Shown here: one piece after another, positions 10,359 to 19,803 of the stretch | Position numbering within the stretch: position 1 is the stretch's first letter | How the letters are laid out: every line of letters starts with the position of its first letter | Source of the DNA: Bacteroidaceae bacterium | Lineage (GTDB): Bacteria > Bacteroidota > Bacteroidia > Bacteroidales > Bacteroidaceae | Direction: 5' to 3' | Assembly (NCBI GenBank): GCA_021443335.1 | Contig: JABUUE010000001.1 | Coordinates: 31,785-95,784 of the forward strand | Length of the DNA stretch: 64,000 nucleotides | Program-made: the position numbers and the translations under genes | The notes under the pieces: generated by a model | Told to the model about the DNA's origin: nothing | Databases searched by the model: none | The model's input: only the letters and a program-made list of their open reading frames with translations

Positions 10359-10607
10359 TTACTTTCCTTGGAACTTCAATTCAAGTCTTGGCGGAACAAG
10401 CATCTTTTTCTTTGTCGTCGGGTCAACAATTATCTGCTCCTTCTTCAGTTGCATATCGAATAGTCCGAATGACGAGATATTTATCTGATTTCCAACAGCG
10501 AGATTCTCTTTGAATACGGCAATAAGGGCATCAACCTTTTCCTGGGCATCTGCAGGTGTGACGCCAAGTCTTTGCGAAAGGGTTTGTATGAATGATGAGT
10601 GGTTCAT
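10359..10607 (-). CDS. HU/IHF family DNA-binding protein
   Basis: ISSFGLF...DPTTKKKMLVPP motif, 82 aa. Confidence 0.85.
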   Translation of the reverse strand: MNHSSFIQTLSQRLGVTPADAQEKVDALIAVFKENLAVGNQINISSFGLFDMQLKKEQIIVDPTTKKKMLVPPRLELKFQGK

Positions 10608-10656
10608 TGTGCGCTAATTTTTTTCACTTTGTAAGGGAGATGTAATAAGCAAACTG

Positions 10657-11976
10657 TTACTTACAGGGTTTTCCGTAAAGGTCAAACTCGTCAGAGTCTG
10701 TGATAATAACATTGTAAAAACTTCCAATGTTGAGTTCATCGCCAGCTGATACTAACACTTCCGGGTCAACCTCCGGAGAAGAGAATTCTGAACGGCAGAC
10801 ATAAAAATCTCCTTCTTTACGGTCAACTATAACCTTTATCGTCTTTCCTGTGAACGAGGCAGCAAGTTGTTCACTGATAGTCTGTTGAAGAGCCATCAGT
10901 TTGTCAAGCCTTTCTTGCTTCACTTCTGCAGGAACATCATCCTCGTAATTTTCAGCACTGTATGTGCCATCTTCTTCAGAGTAAGAGAATGCGCCCATAC
11001 GGTCAAACTTCACCTCACGGGTAAAGTCCATCAATTCTTGAAAATCTTCCTCTGTCTCACCAGGGAAACCTACCATCAGCGTTGTGCGCAGACATATTCC
11101 TGGTACTTCTTTGCGTAAGGTGGATATCAAATCAAGTGTGTCTTGCTTGGTTATGTTGCGACGCATTTTTGCAAGCATATTATCAGAGATGTGCTGCAAA
11201 GCAATATCCATGTATTTGCACACATTGTCACGCTCTCTTATAACACGCATCAAATCCATCGGGAAACGTGTTGGATAAGCGTAGTGAAGCCTAATCCACT
11301 CAACACCTTCGACATCAGAAATAGACTCTACCAATTCCGCAATATGCTGCTTGCCGTCAATGTCTACGCCATAATAAGTTAGCTCCTGTGCTATGACATT
11401 AAACTCTTTAACTCCTTCTTTTACAAGGGCTTTTACCTCTTCTACAATCTCTTCCTTGCTGCGACTCTGATGCTTTCCTGTCATAATAGGAATAGCACAA
11501 TAAGCACAATGACGGTCGCAACCTTCTGATATCTTTAGATAAGCATAGTGTGAAGGAGTGGTGATATGGCGGCCAACAACATTTGGCAATGCCTCTCGCC
11601 CATTCTTGCCCTGCTTATCCTGCCTTGATTCAATTAAGTCGGCAACTAATTGTTTGTAGTCAAATTTGCCATAAAAGCGGTCAACTTCCGGTATCTCCTT
11701 TTTTAGGTCATCCATGTATCTTCCTGAAAGACACCCCATCACATACAACTGCTCAAGTCGTCCGTCATTCTTCGCTTGGGCAAATTCCAGGATAGTCTCT
11801 ATGCTCTCCTCCTTTGCGTCCTGAATAAAACCGCATGTGTTTATTACGGCTATTTCCCCCACAGGATTCTGGCTGTCATGGGTACATTCATATCCTGCAG
11901 ACTCCATAAGCTTCATCAAAGTCTCTGAATCCACAAGATTTTTCGAACAGCCTAAAGTTATGATATCTACTGTCAT
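10657..11976 (-). CDS. rimO: Ribosomal protein S12 methylthiotransferase
   Basis: LGCSKNLVDSE, radical SAM CDRHCAYC, SPEVD TRAM region. Confidence 0.95.
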   Translation of the reverse strand: MTVDIITLGCSKNLVDSETLMKLMESAGYECTHDSQNPVGEIAVINTCGFIQDAKEESIETILEFAQAKNDGRLEQLYVMGCLSGRYMDDLKKEIPEVDRFYGKFDYKQLVADLIESRQDKQGKNGREALPNVVGRHITTPSHYAYLKISEGCDRHCAYCAIPIMTGKHQSRSKEEIVEEVKALVKEGVKEFNVIAQELTYYGVDIDGKQHIAELVESISDVEGVEWIRLHYAYPTRFPMDLMRVIRERDNVCKYMDIALQHISDNMLAKMRRNITKQDTLDLISTLRKEVPGICLRTTLMVGFPGETEEDFQELMDFTREVKFDRMGAFSYSEEDGTYSAENYEDDVPAEVKQERLDKLMALQQTISEQLAASFTGKTIKVIVDRKEGDFYVCRSEFSSPEVDPEVLVSAGDELNIGSFYNVIITDSDEFDLYGKPCK

Positions 11977-11992
11977 TATTAGTCAACTTCCC

Positions 11993-12955
11993 TTACTTAA
12001 ATAAAGTGTTCACGAAATCAGTCCTGTTGAATATTTGCAGGTCTTCCATGCCCTCACCAAGGCCAATATACTTTACGGGAACTTGCAACTGGTCGGAAAT
12101 GCCTATGACAACACCGCCTTTTGCTGTGCCGTCAAGTTTCGTGATTGCAAGCGATGAGATTTGTGTTACTGCCGAGAATTGCTTCGCTTGTTCAAAGGCG
12201 TTTTGTCCTGTTGAGCCGTCAAGCACGAGCAGAACCTCATCAGGAGCTTCCGGCATCACCTTCTTCATAACATCTTTTATCTTCTTCAACTCGTTCATCA
12301 GTCCCACCTTGTTGTGGAGACGACCTGCGGTATCAATGATTACAACATCAGCATTGTTGGCTTTTGCCGACGCGATAGTATCGTAAGCTACGCTTGCGGG
12401 ATCTGACCCCATCTGCTGCTTGATAACAGGCACTCCTACCCTCTCGCCCCAAATGCAAATCTGTTCAACAGCGGCGGCGCGGAAAGTGTCTGCGGCACCC
12501 AGATAAACCTTCTTGCCAGCCTGCTTGAACTGCCATGCGAGTTTTCCTATGGTTGTTGTCTTGCCTACACCATTTACACCAACAACGAGAATGACATAAG
12601 GGTTGTGATCGGTAGGAAGGTCCCACTCATCGCCGTCCTTGTTTCCTGTCTCGGCGAGCAAGGCTACTATCTCATCCTTAAGAATTCCGTTTAACTCTGA
12701 GGTTGAGACATATTTGTCACGCGCAACACGTTCCTCTATTCTCTTGATGATTTTAAGAGTTGTGTCAACACCAACATCAGAAGTGATGAGAACCTCTTCC
12801 AAGTCATCGAGTACCTCGTCATCAACTTTGTCCTTACCTGCAATGACGCGAGTGAGTTTTGAGAACACACTTTGTTTTGTCTTCTCTAAGCCTTGGTCAA
12901 GGGTTTCCTGTTTCTTCTCCTTGTCCTTGTTGAATAATTTACTGAAAAACCCCAT
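11993..12955 (-). CDS. ftsY: SRP receptor FtsY
   Basis: GVNGVGKTTT, DTFRAAA, DTAGR, TKLDGTAKGG. Confidence 0.97.
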   Translation of the reverse strand: MGFFSKLFNKDKEKKQETLDQGLEKTKQSVFSKLTRVIAGKDKVDDEVLDDLEEVLITSDVGVDTTLKIIKRIEERVARDKYVSTSELNGILKDEIVALLAETGNKDGDEWDLPTDHNPYVILVVGVNGVGKTTTIGKLAWQFKQAGKKVYLGAADTFRAAAVEQICIWGERVGVPVIKQQMGSDPASVAYDTIASAKANNADVVIIDTAGRLHNKVGLMNELKKIKDVMKKVMPEAPDEVLLVLDGSTGQNAFEQAKQFSAVTQISSLAITKLDGTAKGGVVIGISDQLQVPVKYIGLGEGMEDLQIFNRTDFVNTLFK

Positions 12956-13080
12956 GGTTGTAATTTATTTATAAGTGATTATTTATTAATGTTTAATGCG
13001 TAGTTTCGTTTGCTCCGAATTAATCATTAATTATCAATCATTTTTACTTCGAATGAATTCTTAAATAATGAATCAATAGC

Positions 13081-13120
13081 AAAAGGGATTACACAGCCCT
13101 TGCAGACCACGTAATCCCCA
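13081..13120 (-). terminator. Probable intrinsic terminator after rpmB-rpmG-DUF4295
   Basis: gggattac...gtaatccc stem, followed by a T-run on the minus strand. Confidence 0.6.
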
Positions 13121-13217
13121 ATATGTTTTAAGAGATTATAACGGCCATTAGCTATTAGCCATTAGCCATTAGTCTCGCGTCTTTTTAACTCAATATGAGC
13201 CTTTAACGCGAACCTTA

Positions 13218-13376
13218 TTATTTCTTGAAGAAGTCCTTAACAGCCTCGTTAGGAACCATCTGCTCGTCAAAGATGTAAGCGCCAGTCTTTGGGCTCTTTA
13301 CCATCTTTATAACCTTTGAGTAAGCGCGACCATCCTTTGAACCTTCGTGGAGGGTTGCGACGGTTTTCTTTGCCAT
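13218..13376 (-). CDS. DUF4295 family small protein (52 aa)
   Basis: Manual translation MAKKTVATLHEGSKDGRAYSKVIKMVKSPKTGAYIFDEQMVPNEAVKDFFKK; conserved position after rpmG in Bacteroidetes. Confidence 0.88.
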   Translation of the reverse strand: MAKKTVATLHEGSKDGRAYSKVIKMVKSPKTGAYIFDEQMVPNEAVKDFFKK

Positions 13377-13399
13377 TTCTTAATAATGTTTAGCTGTTA

Positions 13400-13588
13400 T
13401 TACTTTATCTCCTTGTGAACAGTCATGCGCTTCAAGATAGGGTTGTACTTCTTGAGTTCGAGACGCTCTGGAGTGTTCTTGCGGTTTTTTGTAGTCACAT
13501 AGCGAGATGTACCTCCGAGACCGCTTTCTTTCATTTCTGTGCATTCGAGTACTACCTGTACTCTATTGCCTTTTGCCTTCTTTGCCAT
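13400..13588 (-). CDS. rpmG: 50S ribosomal protein L33
   Basis: [22 protein letters not shown]. Confidence 0.97.
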   Translation of the reverse strand: MAKKAKGNRVQVVLECTEMKESGLGGTSRYVTTKNRKNTPERLELKKYNPILKRMTVHKEIK

Positions 13589-13593
13589 TACGA

Positions 13594-13857
13594 TTATTCT
13601 CCTATTACTTTAATGTCTTTGTAATCGCAATAACCCTTAGCGATAGCCTGCTTCAGGGCTGCATCAAGACCGAGTTTGTTAATTACGCGAAGACCTGCAG
13701 CGCTAATCTTGAGTGAAATCCAGCACTGCTCCTCTACATAGTAGAAGCGCTTGCTGAAAAGATTAACATCGAAGCTGCGCTTAGTGCGATGCTTTGAGTG
13801 GGAAACATTATTGCCTATCTGGGCCTTCTTTCCCGTAATCTGACATATCTTTGACAT
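13594..13857 (-). CDS. rpmB: 50S ribosomal protein L28
   Basis: [21 protein letters not shown]. Confidence 0.97.
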   Translation of the reverse strand: MSKICQITGKKAQIGNNVSHSKHRTKRSFDVNLFSKRFYYVEEQCWISLKISAAGLRVINKLGLDAALKQAIAKGYCDYKDIKVIGE

Positions 13858-13904
13858 TGTCTTAGATTTGCTAAATGTTAATAACTACTTATTCCAAACG
13901 GCTG

Positions 13905-13935
13905 CAAAATTACAACTTTCTATCCGACTGGCAAA
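13905..13935 (-). promoter_or_regulatory. Sigma-A promoter of rpmB
   Basis: TTTG - 19 nt - TAATTTTG on the minus strand. Confidence 0.75.
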
Positions 13936-13988
13936 GTTTTTCTCTTTCTTTTTTCAAACCACTCAAAGTGCTATGTTAATTTTTTGAT

Positions 13989-15146
13989 TTATATAAAGTC
14001 CATTTCGTTGTCAAGTAGTCCTTTCCAAGGATAACTGCCTGGTTTAAGAATGATTCTTGCGTCATGGTTTGACAACTCCACAACACCAGGAAAATGTTCT
14101 TTTTCCACATTAAAAGTGTTCCATCCGAGAGTGGAAAGAATCTCAAATGCCGTAGCACCGCCCTCTATAATTATAAATATTCGTGGACTTACCTTGCCAG
14201 CCTGTGTTACTGTGTTATCCTGAAGCAAGCCTTTTACAACCTCCGCCATTGTTTTCCGCAGTCTTATGGCGAAGTCTCTGCCTCCCTGTGACGGGTAGTT
14301 TATTGTAAGCGCAAGGTTACGCTGCGGATATTTTGAAAGAAGTTCCGATAGCCAAGCCTCAGAGCCAGCCTTCCCTAAAAAAACATCTTCTGGCATGTTA
14401 CATTCCACAACATCATACTGCCTGCACAAAGGTTTTTCAACTACATTTGTGCTCTGTGTACTGCCGCAGACCATTAAGAATTTAGGCAAGTCTGCCAAAT
14501 CTATGCTGTCACTCTTTGCCACGGTTGGCAACGTCTCAACATTCTTTAACACATTGCCTATGACAACCTTGAACAAATCCGCGCCACCAGCAAACAAAGT
14601 CTTCTTGTCCGCGGCTTCCACAAGTTTTATTATGTCGCCTTCGTTTTCCGCGTCAGTAATTCCGTAACCTCTCACATCCGCCGTTTTGGTAGGAAATTCA
14701 GGGTCATTGGCAAACAATGTCTCATTGAGAGGCACATTGTTTATATAATACTTTCCGCCCCTCACTATGCGACCTTTCGAGGGATTCTGCGGCAACAAAA
14801 GTACCTTGTTGTAGAAAGAATTCCTGATTATTGCGTTGCATTCTTCCATTATGTGGCCGCGGAGCGCTGAATCCGTCTTTTTGAACAAGATAAAATCCTT
14901 ACCGCACTTTCGTCCTCCAACGCATAATGAAGTGAGCTTCTCAATCTCGTTTACGGCATCTTGTTCAGGCATCTGCCGCGTGTCTGTGGCGAAAATCACA
15001 ACATCATTTAAATGTTTGTCACACAACAAACCGCCTGTGATGTCATTTCCTGCCATCACAAGCTTTGTCTTCAAGCCCGCAGAATTAGCTATACCGGCTA
15101 TCTCCGCAGCACCCGTTATGTCGTCAGCAATTACAATTATCTTCAC
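13989..15146 (-). CDS. Four-carbon acid sugar kinase family (DUF1537)
   Basis: IADDITGA, KKTDSALRG, EGGATA, LKPGSY. Confidence 0.85.
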   Translation of the reverse strand: MKIIVIADDITGAAEIAGIANSAGLKTKLVMAGNDITGGLLCDKHLNDVVIFATDTRQMPEQDAVNEIEKLTSLCVGGRKCGKDFILFKKTDSALRGHIMEECNAIIRNSFYNKVLLLPQNPSKGRIVRGGKYYINNVPLNETLFANDPEFPTKTADVRGYGITDAENEGDIIKLVEAADKKTLFAGGADLFKVVIGNVLKNVETLPTVAKSDSIDLADLPKFLMVCGSTQSTNVVEKPLCRQYDVVECNMPEDVFLGKAGSEAWLSELLSKYPQRNLALTINYPSQGGRDFAIRLRKTMAEVVKGLLQDNTVTQAGKVSPRIFIIIEGGATAFEILSTLGWNTFNVEKEHFPGVVELSNHDARIILKPGSYPWKGLLDNEMDFI

Positions 15147-15228
15147 CTCACTACCTCTGACCTTTAACCTCTAACTTTTTATTCAACTTGAGCTTTGCGA
15201 AAGTTGAGTGATATTACTTATTTCGCTG

Positions 15229-15318
15229 CAAAATTACGAAAATATAGTCTATATTCCAAATATCTCAATAATTTTAGAGCGTTTTGCTTGCACAAACCAT
15301 TTAATCTTTGTATTTTTG
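15229..15318. promoter_or_regulatory. Divergent promoters for the kinase (-) and the esterase/xylan cluster (+)
   Basis: Minus strand: TTTG - 20 nt - TAATTTTG (15229-15260). Plus strand: TATTTTTG at 15311-15318. Confidence 0.6.
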
Positions 15319-15344
15319 CCGAAATTTTAAACAACATTATTATA

Positions 15345-16979
15345 ATGAGACCTATCCAAAAACGCACAATCGCTACATTATTTTTTTTTCTCCTTTGCGC
15401 CTGTACTTACGCGCAGCATATTACACTGCCTGACCTTTACGACGAAGGTATGACGATGCAACGCGGCAGAAACCACAAGCTTCAAGGCATAACCGACCCG
15501 GGAATGTCGGTGGAAGTAAAATGGCAGGGCAAAAGCTACAAGACAAACGCCGACCGCGACGGACGATTTTCTATAGCTATTCCTACGGGAAAGGCTGGCG
15601 GACCTTACGAGTTGAAGATAGGAAACCGCATAATCAAGAATGTCTTTGTAGGCGATGTTTTCCTTTGTAGCGGACAGTCAAACATGGAACTTCCAATGTC
15701 TCGTTGCGAAGACTTGTATCGTGATATCATCGACAGCTACTCAAACTCCCAGATACATATTGTAAAGACTCCGCGCACTTTCCGTCTGGACGAGCCTAAC
15801 GACATCTATTCTGTCAAGAAAAACAACGCTTCGCTGTGGGTAGAGCCTAAGCCACAAACCAACGGCAGTATTGGCGCAGTGACATTCTTTTTTGCCAAGA
15901 AATACCAAGAGACTTATGGCGTTCCCGTCGGAATAATCAATTCAAGTGTCGGCGGCTCACCGGTAGAAGCTTGGATTTCTGAGGATTCATTGGCGAAATG
16001 CCAGTTGTATTACAACAAACTTCTTATGGCAAAAGACGCCGACTATGTGAAAAGTTGTCAGGTTATGGGAGCAAAAAGCAACCAGGTTTGGCAAGGTTTG
16101 GCTAAGAAATATATTAAGGATTTTGAAGAGTCAAACAATGTCTTCGGAAATAAGACCGCTACATCTGCTGACACCGGCTGGCAGCCAGCATCGCTCTTCT
16201 CTCCCGACTGGGCAAGAGGTGCTGAAGGTAACATCAATGGAATCCACGCTTTCCGCAAGGTTATTAATGTTACAGCCGAGCAAGCCGCACAAGGAGGATT
16301 ACTCCGAATGGGTTGTATTGTTGACGCTGACGAAATCTTCGTCAACGGAAAGCAGATAGGAAGCACAAGCTACCAGTATCCGCCACGCAAGTACAAGATT
16401 CCTGCTGGAACTCTCAAAGCAGGCGAAAACATCATATACATCCGTCTGACAAGCTACGGCGGAACTCCTTCATTTGTGACAGAAAAGCCTTACAAGATAG
16501 TCTTACAGAACTCGGAGATTGACCTCTCAAACGGCTGGGAGCACAAACTCATACAGCAAATGCCATCGCCACAAGGAGCACCCGACTTCATGATGACACC
16601 TGCCGCTCTGTACAAAGGTATGCTCGCGCCTGTTCTCGATTGGGGATACAGCGGCGCCGTGTGGTATCAAGGCGAGAGCAATGTTGGCAGAGCCAACGAA
16701 TACGAAAAAATGCTCAAACTTCTCATCAGCGATTGGAGAGCAAGAATATCTGAGCCTCTGCCGTTCGTTATAATCCAACTGGCTAACTTCCTCCACCCGC
16801 AGTCACCAGACCAGGCTGCCCAGCAAGCTTTACGCAATGCGCAGCGCCGCGTGGCGGAGACAATACCTTCTTGCGCTTGGGTTTATACTGGCGACCTCGG
16901 CGAGTGGAATGACATCCATCCGCTGCAGAAGAAGGAAGTCGGTGAGCGTGTTCAGGCAGCTTTCGAGAAGATTAAGTAA
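15345..16979 (+). CDS. Sialate O-acetylesterase-like SGNH esterase (probable xylan acetylesterase)
   Basis: GDVFLCSGQSNME, WYQGESN, DIHP; start moved to MRPIQKR (signal peptide, downstream of the -7 box). Confidence 0.82.
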   Translation: MRPIQKRTIATLFFFLLCACTYAQHITLPDLYDEGMTMQRGRNHKLQGITDPGMSVEVKWQGKSYKTNADRDGRFSIAIPTGKAGGPYELKIGNRIIKNVFVGDVFLCSGQSNMELPMSRCEDLYRDIIDSYSNSQIHIVKTPRTFRLDEPNDIYSVKKNNASLWVEPKPQTNGSIGAVTFFFAKKYQETYGVPVGIINSSVGGSPVEAWISEDSLAKCQLYYNKLLMAKDADYVKSCQVMGAKSNQVWQGLAKKYIKDFEESNNVFGNKTATSADTGWQPASLFSPDWARGAEGNINGIHAFRKVINVTAEQAAQGGLLRMGCIVDADEIFVNGKQIGSTSYQYPPRKYKIPAGTLKAGENIIYIRLTSYGGTPSFVTEKPYKIVLQNSEIDLSNGWEHKLIQQMPSPQGAPDFMMTPAALYKGMLAPVLDWGYSGAVWYQGESNVGRANEYEKMLKLLISDWRARISEPLPFVIIQLANFLHPQSPDQAAQQALRNAQRRVAETIPSCAWVYTGDLGEWNDIHPLQKKEVGERVQAAFEKIK

Positions 16980-17040
16980 TCGTAAAAAAGCTTCTGAGAA
17001 TTCGGCTCATGCAAAGCAACAATTTTCTGACAAAAATATA

Positions 17041-17092
17041 AACTTAATAAACTAAACATAAACTTAATAAACTAAACATAAACTTAATAAAC
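17041..17092. repeat. 20-bp tandem repeat x2.6
   Basis: aacttaataaactaaacata x2 plus a partial copy. Confidence 0.85.
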
Positions 17093-17139
17093 AATAATTA
17101 ACCAACATTAGATAATAACTTAAAACCTATTTATCATTA

Positions 17140-18552
17140 ATGGAAAATCTACAAGAACGCGGCTTCTACAAACTCAGCTGGCTGCAACGAATCGGATTTG
17201 GCTCTGGCGACCTTGCGCAGAACCTTATCTTCCAAGTAACATGCACTTATCTGCTATTCTTTTACACCGACATCTACGGGTTAGACCCGCTGGATGTGAC
17301 TTTCATGTTCACCGTCGGCAATGTGGCTAATGTTATCTGGGACCCTATAGTGGGAACAATCATCGACAAGAACAACCCTAAGTTAGGCAAATATCGCGCT
17401 TACCTCGTTTATGTCGGAATACCGCTCTCAGGCTTTGCAATCCTCTGTTTTTGGAACGGCTTTGCACCATCACTGGCTTACGCTTATTTCACATACATCG
17501 CGATGACGCTGCTCTATACATTTATTAATGTGCCTTACGGAGCGCTCAACTCATCGCTGACACGCGACACTCACGAAATTACCGTGCTCACCTCCGTGCG
17601 TATGTTCATGGCAAACTGCGGCGGACTTGCGGTGAACTCCGGATTGCCTTTGGTTATCGCTTATGTCTGCCTTCTTACAAACAGCCCATTCGTGGGTGAC
17701 GGTACTGGCAGTCTGCCTAAAGATGCCAATGCCTGGTTTATCACAATGTGTATTTACGCCATCATTGGCATGGCGCTGCTCTTCTTCTGCTTCTCGCAGT
17801 GTAAGGAGCGCGTCGTAATGGATGCCAAGGACAGCGAGAATGTTAAGGTCAGCGATCTCTGGATGGAATTCTTCCACAATCGCCCACTCCGCATCATAGC
17901 ATTCTTCTTCATCACAGCTTTCGCCATGATGTCTATTGGCAACGCCGCCGGAGCTTACTTCGTAAACAGCAACCTCAAAGGCACAACCGAGCAGCTGTCT
18001 ATCTTCATGGCTCTTGGCTCTATACCGGCATTCATCTTCATGCCTCTTGTGCCAGCAATAAAGAAGGCTGTGGGCAAGAAGAATATGTTCTACATCTTCC
18101 TCTCATTCGCCATTATCGGTATGGCAGCACTCTATGTAGTAGGCAAGATGGAAAGCCCAAGCATGATGCTCGTATATGTGGCGCAGTTCGTTAAGTCAAC
18201 AGGTGTTATTGTGGCAACAGGTTATATGTGGGCGCTCGTTCCTGAAGTAATCTCCTACGGCGAATGGAAGAGCGGAAAGCGCATTGCCGGCATCGTCAAC
18301 GCCCTCACTGGCATCTTCTTCAAGGCGGGTATGACACTCGGAAACATCGTTGCTCCAGCAGTGCTTGCCTATGTGGCCTACGACAGCAAGAGCATCCAGC
18401 AGTCACCGTTTGCCGAGGAAGGCATTCTCTGGCTCGTATGCGTTATACCGGCAATACTGCTCGCACTCGCCATGTTCATCATCTCAAAGTATGAGCTCAC
18501 TGACGAAAAGATTGACGCTATTAACAAAGAGATAGAAAACCGCACTAAATAA
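17140..18552 (+). CDS. Glycoside-pentoside-hexuronide MFS symporter (xyloside transporter)
   Basis: GDLAQNL, DPIVG, KLGKYR, NVPYGAL; about 12 TMs; upstream of GH10/GH43. Confidence 0.9.
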   Translation: MENLQERGFYKLSWLQRIGFGSGDLAQNLIFQVTCTYLLFFYTDIYGLDPLDVTFMFTVGNVANVIWDPIVGTIIDKNNPKLGKYRAYLVYVGIPLSGFAILCFWNGFAPSLAYAYFTYIAMTLLYTFINVPYGALNSSLTRDTHEITVLTSVRMFMANCGGLAVNSGLPLVIAYVCLLTNSPFVGDGTGSLPKDANAWFITMCIYAIIGMALLFFCFSQCKERVVMDAKDSENVKVSDLWMEFFHNRPLRIIAFFFITAFAMMSIGNAAGAYFVNSNLKGTTEQLSIFMALGSIPAFIFMPLVPAIKKAVGKKNMFYIFLSFAIIGMAALYVVGKMESPSMMLVYVAQFVKSTGVIVATGYMWALVPEVISYGEWKSGKRIAGIVNALTGIFFKAGMTLGNIVAPAVLAYVAYDSKSIQQSPFAEEGILWLVCVIPAILLALAMFIISKYELTDEKIDAINKEIENRTK

Positions 18553-19682
18553 TGAAGAAACTGATAACAGCGGCAATGCTTTCATTGCCGCTCTCACTCT
18601 TTGCCCAAGATCTGCAGCTTCGCAAGCTCATTCCTGACAACAACATCCTCATCGGTGCAACCGTCAACCAATGGCTTGTGGCTGCCGACCTTGGTATTGC
18701 TGAGCATAAGCTCGACGACCCGAGCTACAAGCTTGTAGGCTCAACAGAGCAAATGAAGATGGAAGTAGGAATTGTGCCGCGAGAGTTCAATTGCGTAACC
18801 GCAGAAAACTGCATGAAGTCGGAAGTCATTGCTCCAAAAAAAGGAGTTTACGACTTTATTCTTGCCGACCAGTTCATGGACTATGCAAAGAAACACAACC
18901 TCACCGTTATAGGCCATGCGCCTATCTGGCATTCGCAGTGCGCAAAGTGGATTTGCCGCGACGACAACGGCAATCTTGTTGACAAGGAAACCCTGAAAGC
19001 CAACATCCGAAACTTCATCTACACCGTTTATGGCCACTATAAAGGTCAAATCAAGGGCTACGATGTGGCTAACGAGTGTATTGAGGACGACGGAAGCTAC
19101 CGCAACAGCGACTTCTACCAGATAATGGGTGAGGAATATATTGACTGGGCTTTCCAATGTGCTATGGAGGCTGACCCTAATGCCGAGCTTTACTACAACG
19201 ATTTTTCAATGTGGAAGCCTGGCAAGCGCGCCGCCGTTGTTGCCCTTGTGAAGCGCCTCAAGAGCAAGGGAATACGCATAGATGCTGTCGGACTGCAGAC
19301 ACACATCGGCATGGACTTTCCGGAACTTAAAGACCACGAAGCCTCAATAAAAGCCTTCATCAAGGCTGGTGTTGATGTACAGCTCACTGAGACCGACATG
19401 TCAATTCTGCCAAATCCTTACACCGGAGCAGACATTGCCACACGCTTCGACTACTCCCCAGAGAAAGACCCTTACAAGGACGGTGTCACACCGAAAGCTC
19501 TCAAAGAGTGGCAAAAACGCTTCAAGAAGCTCTTCGCTATCATAAACAAGCACTCTGCCCACGTCAAACGCGTTACCTTCTGGGGCGTCACCGACGCTTC
19601 GTCATGGAAGAACGATTTTCCTATCCCCGGACGCACAGACTATCCACTGCCTTTCGACCGCAACGGCAAATTTAAGTTTTAA
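18552..19682 (+). CDS. GH10 endo-1,4-beta-xylanase
   Basis: TAENCMK, GHAPIWHSQ, YDVANE (acid/base), YYNDF, GLQTH, TETD (nucleophile). Confidence 0.93.
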   Translation: MKKLITAAMLSLPLSLFAQDLQLRKLIPDNNILIGATVNQWLVAADLGIAEHKLDDPSYKLVGSTEQMKMEVGIVPREFNCVTAENCMKSEVIAPKKGVYDFILADQFMDYAKKHNLTVIGHAPIWHSQCAKWICRDDNGNLVDKETLKANIRNFIYTVYGHYKGQIKGYDVANECIEDDGSYRNSDFYQIMGEEYIDWAFQCAMEADPNAELYYNDFSMWKPGKRAAVVALVKRLKSKGIRIDAVGLQTHIGMDFPELKDHEASIKAFIKAGVDVQLTETDMSILPNPYTGADIATRFDYSPEKDPYKDGVTPKALKEWQKRFKKLFAIINKHSAHVKRVTFWGVTDASSWKNDFPIPGRTDYPLPFDRNGKFKF

Positions 19683-19703
19683 ACCTTGGAAAATCTCCTT
19701 CGT

Positions 19704-19768
19704 AACCTTGAAGTCTCGTAATCTCGAAGCCTCGAAGTTCCGGAACTTCGAAACCTTGAAATCTCGAA
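19704..19768. repeat. Degenerate 8-bp tandem microsatellite (..TCGAA..)
   Basis: aaccttgaagtctcgtaatctcgaagcctcgaagttccggaacttcgaaaccttgaaatctcgaa; reverse-complement version at 25098-25141. Confidence 0.7.
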
Positions 19769-19803
19769 TAATCAAAATAAATAGAAATTAACCATCACGC
19801 ATT

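Noticed and set aside
15182-15209. Short gagct(t)tgcgaaagttga motif shared with about 61572-61590
   Set aside because: Too short to separate from a generic small hairpin without a genome-wide count.
15195-15344. Long N-terminal extensions in the ORF track (also GH2, porP, fucP, grpE)
   Set aside because: They overlap promoter boxes or upstream genes; downstream ATGs give more plausible starts.
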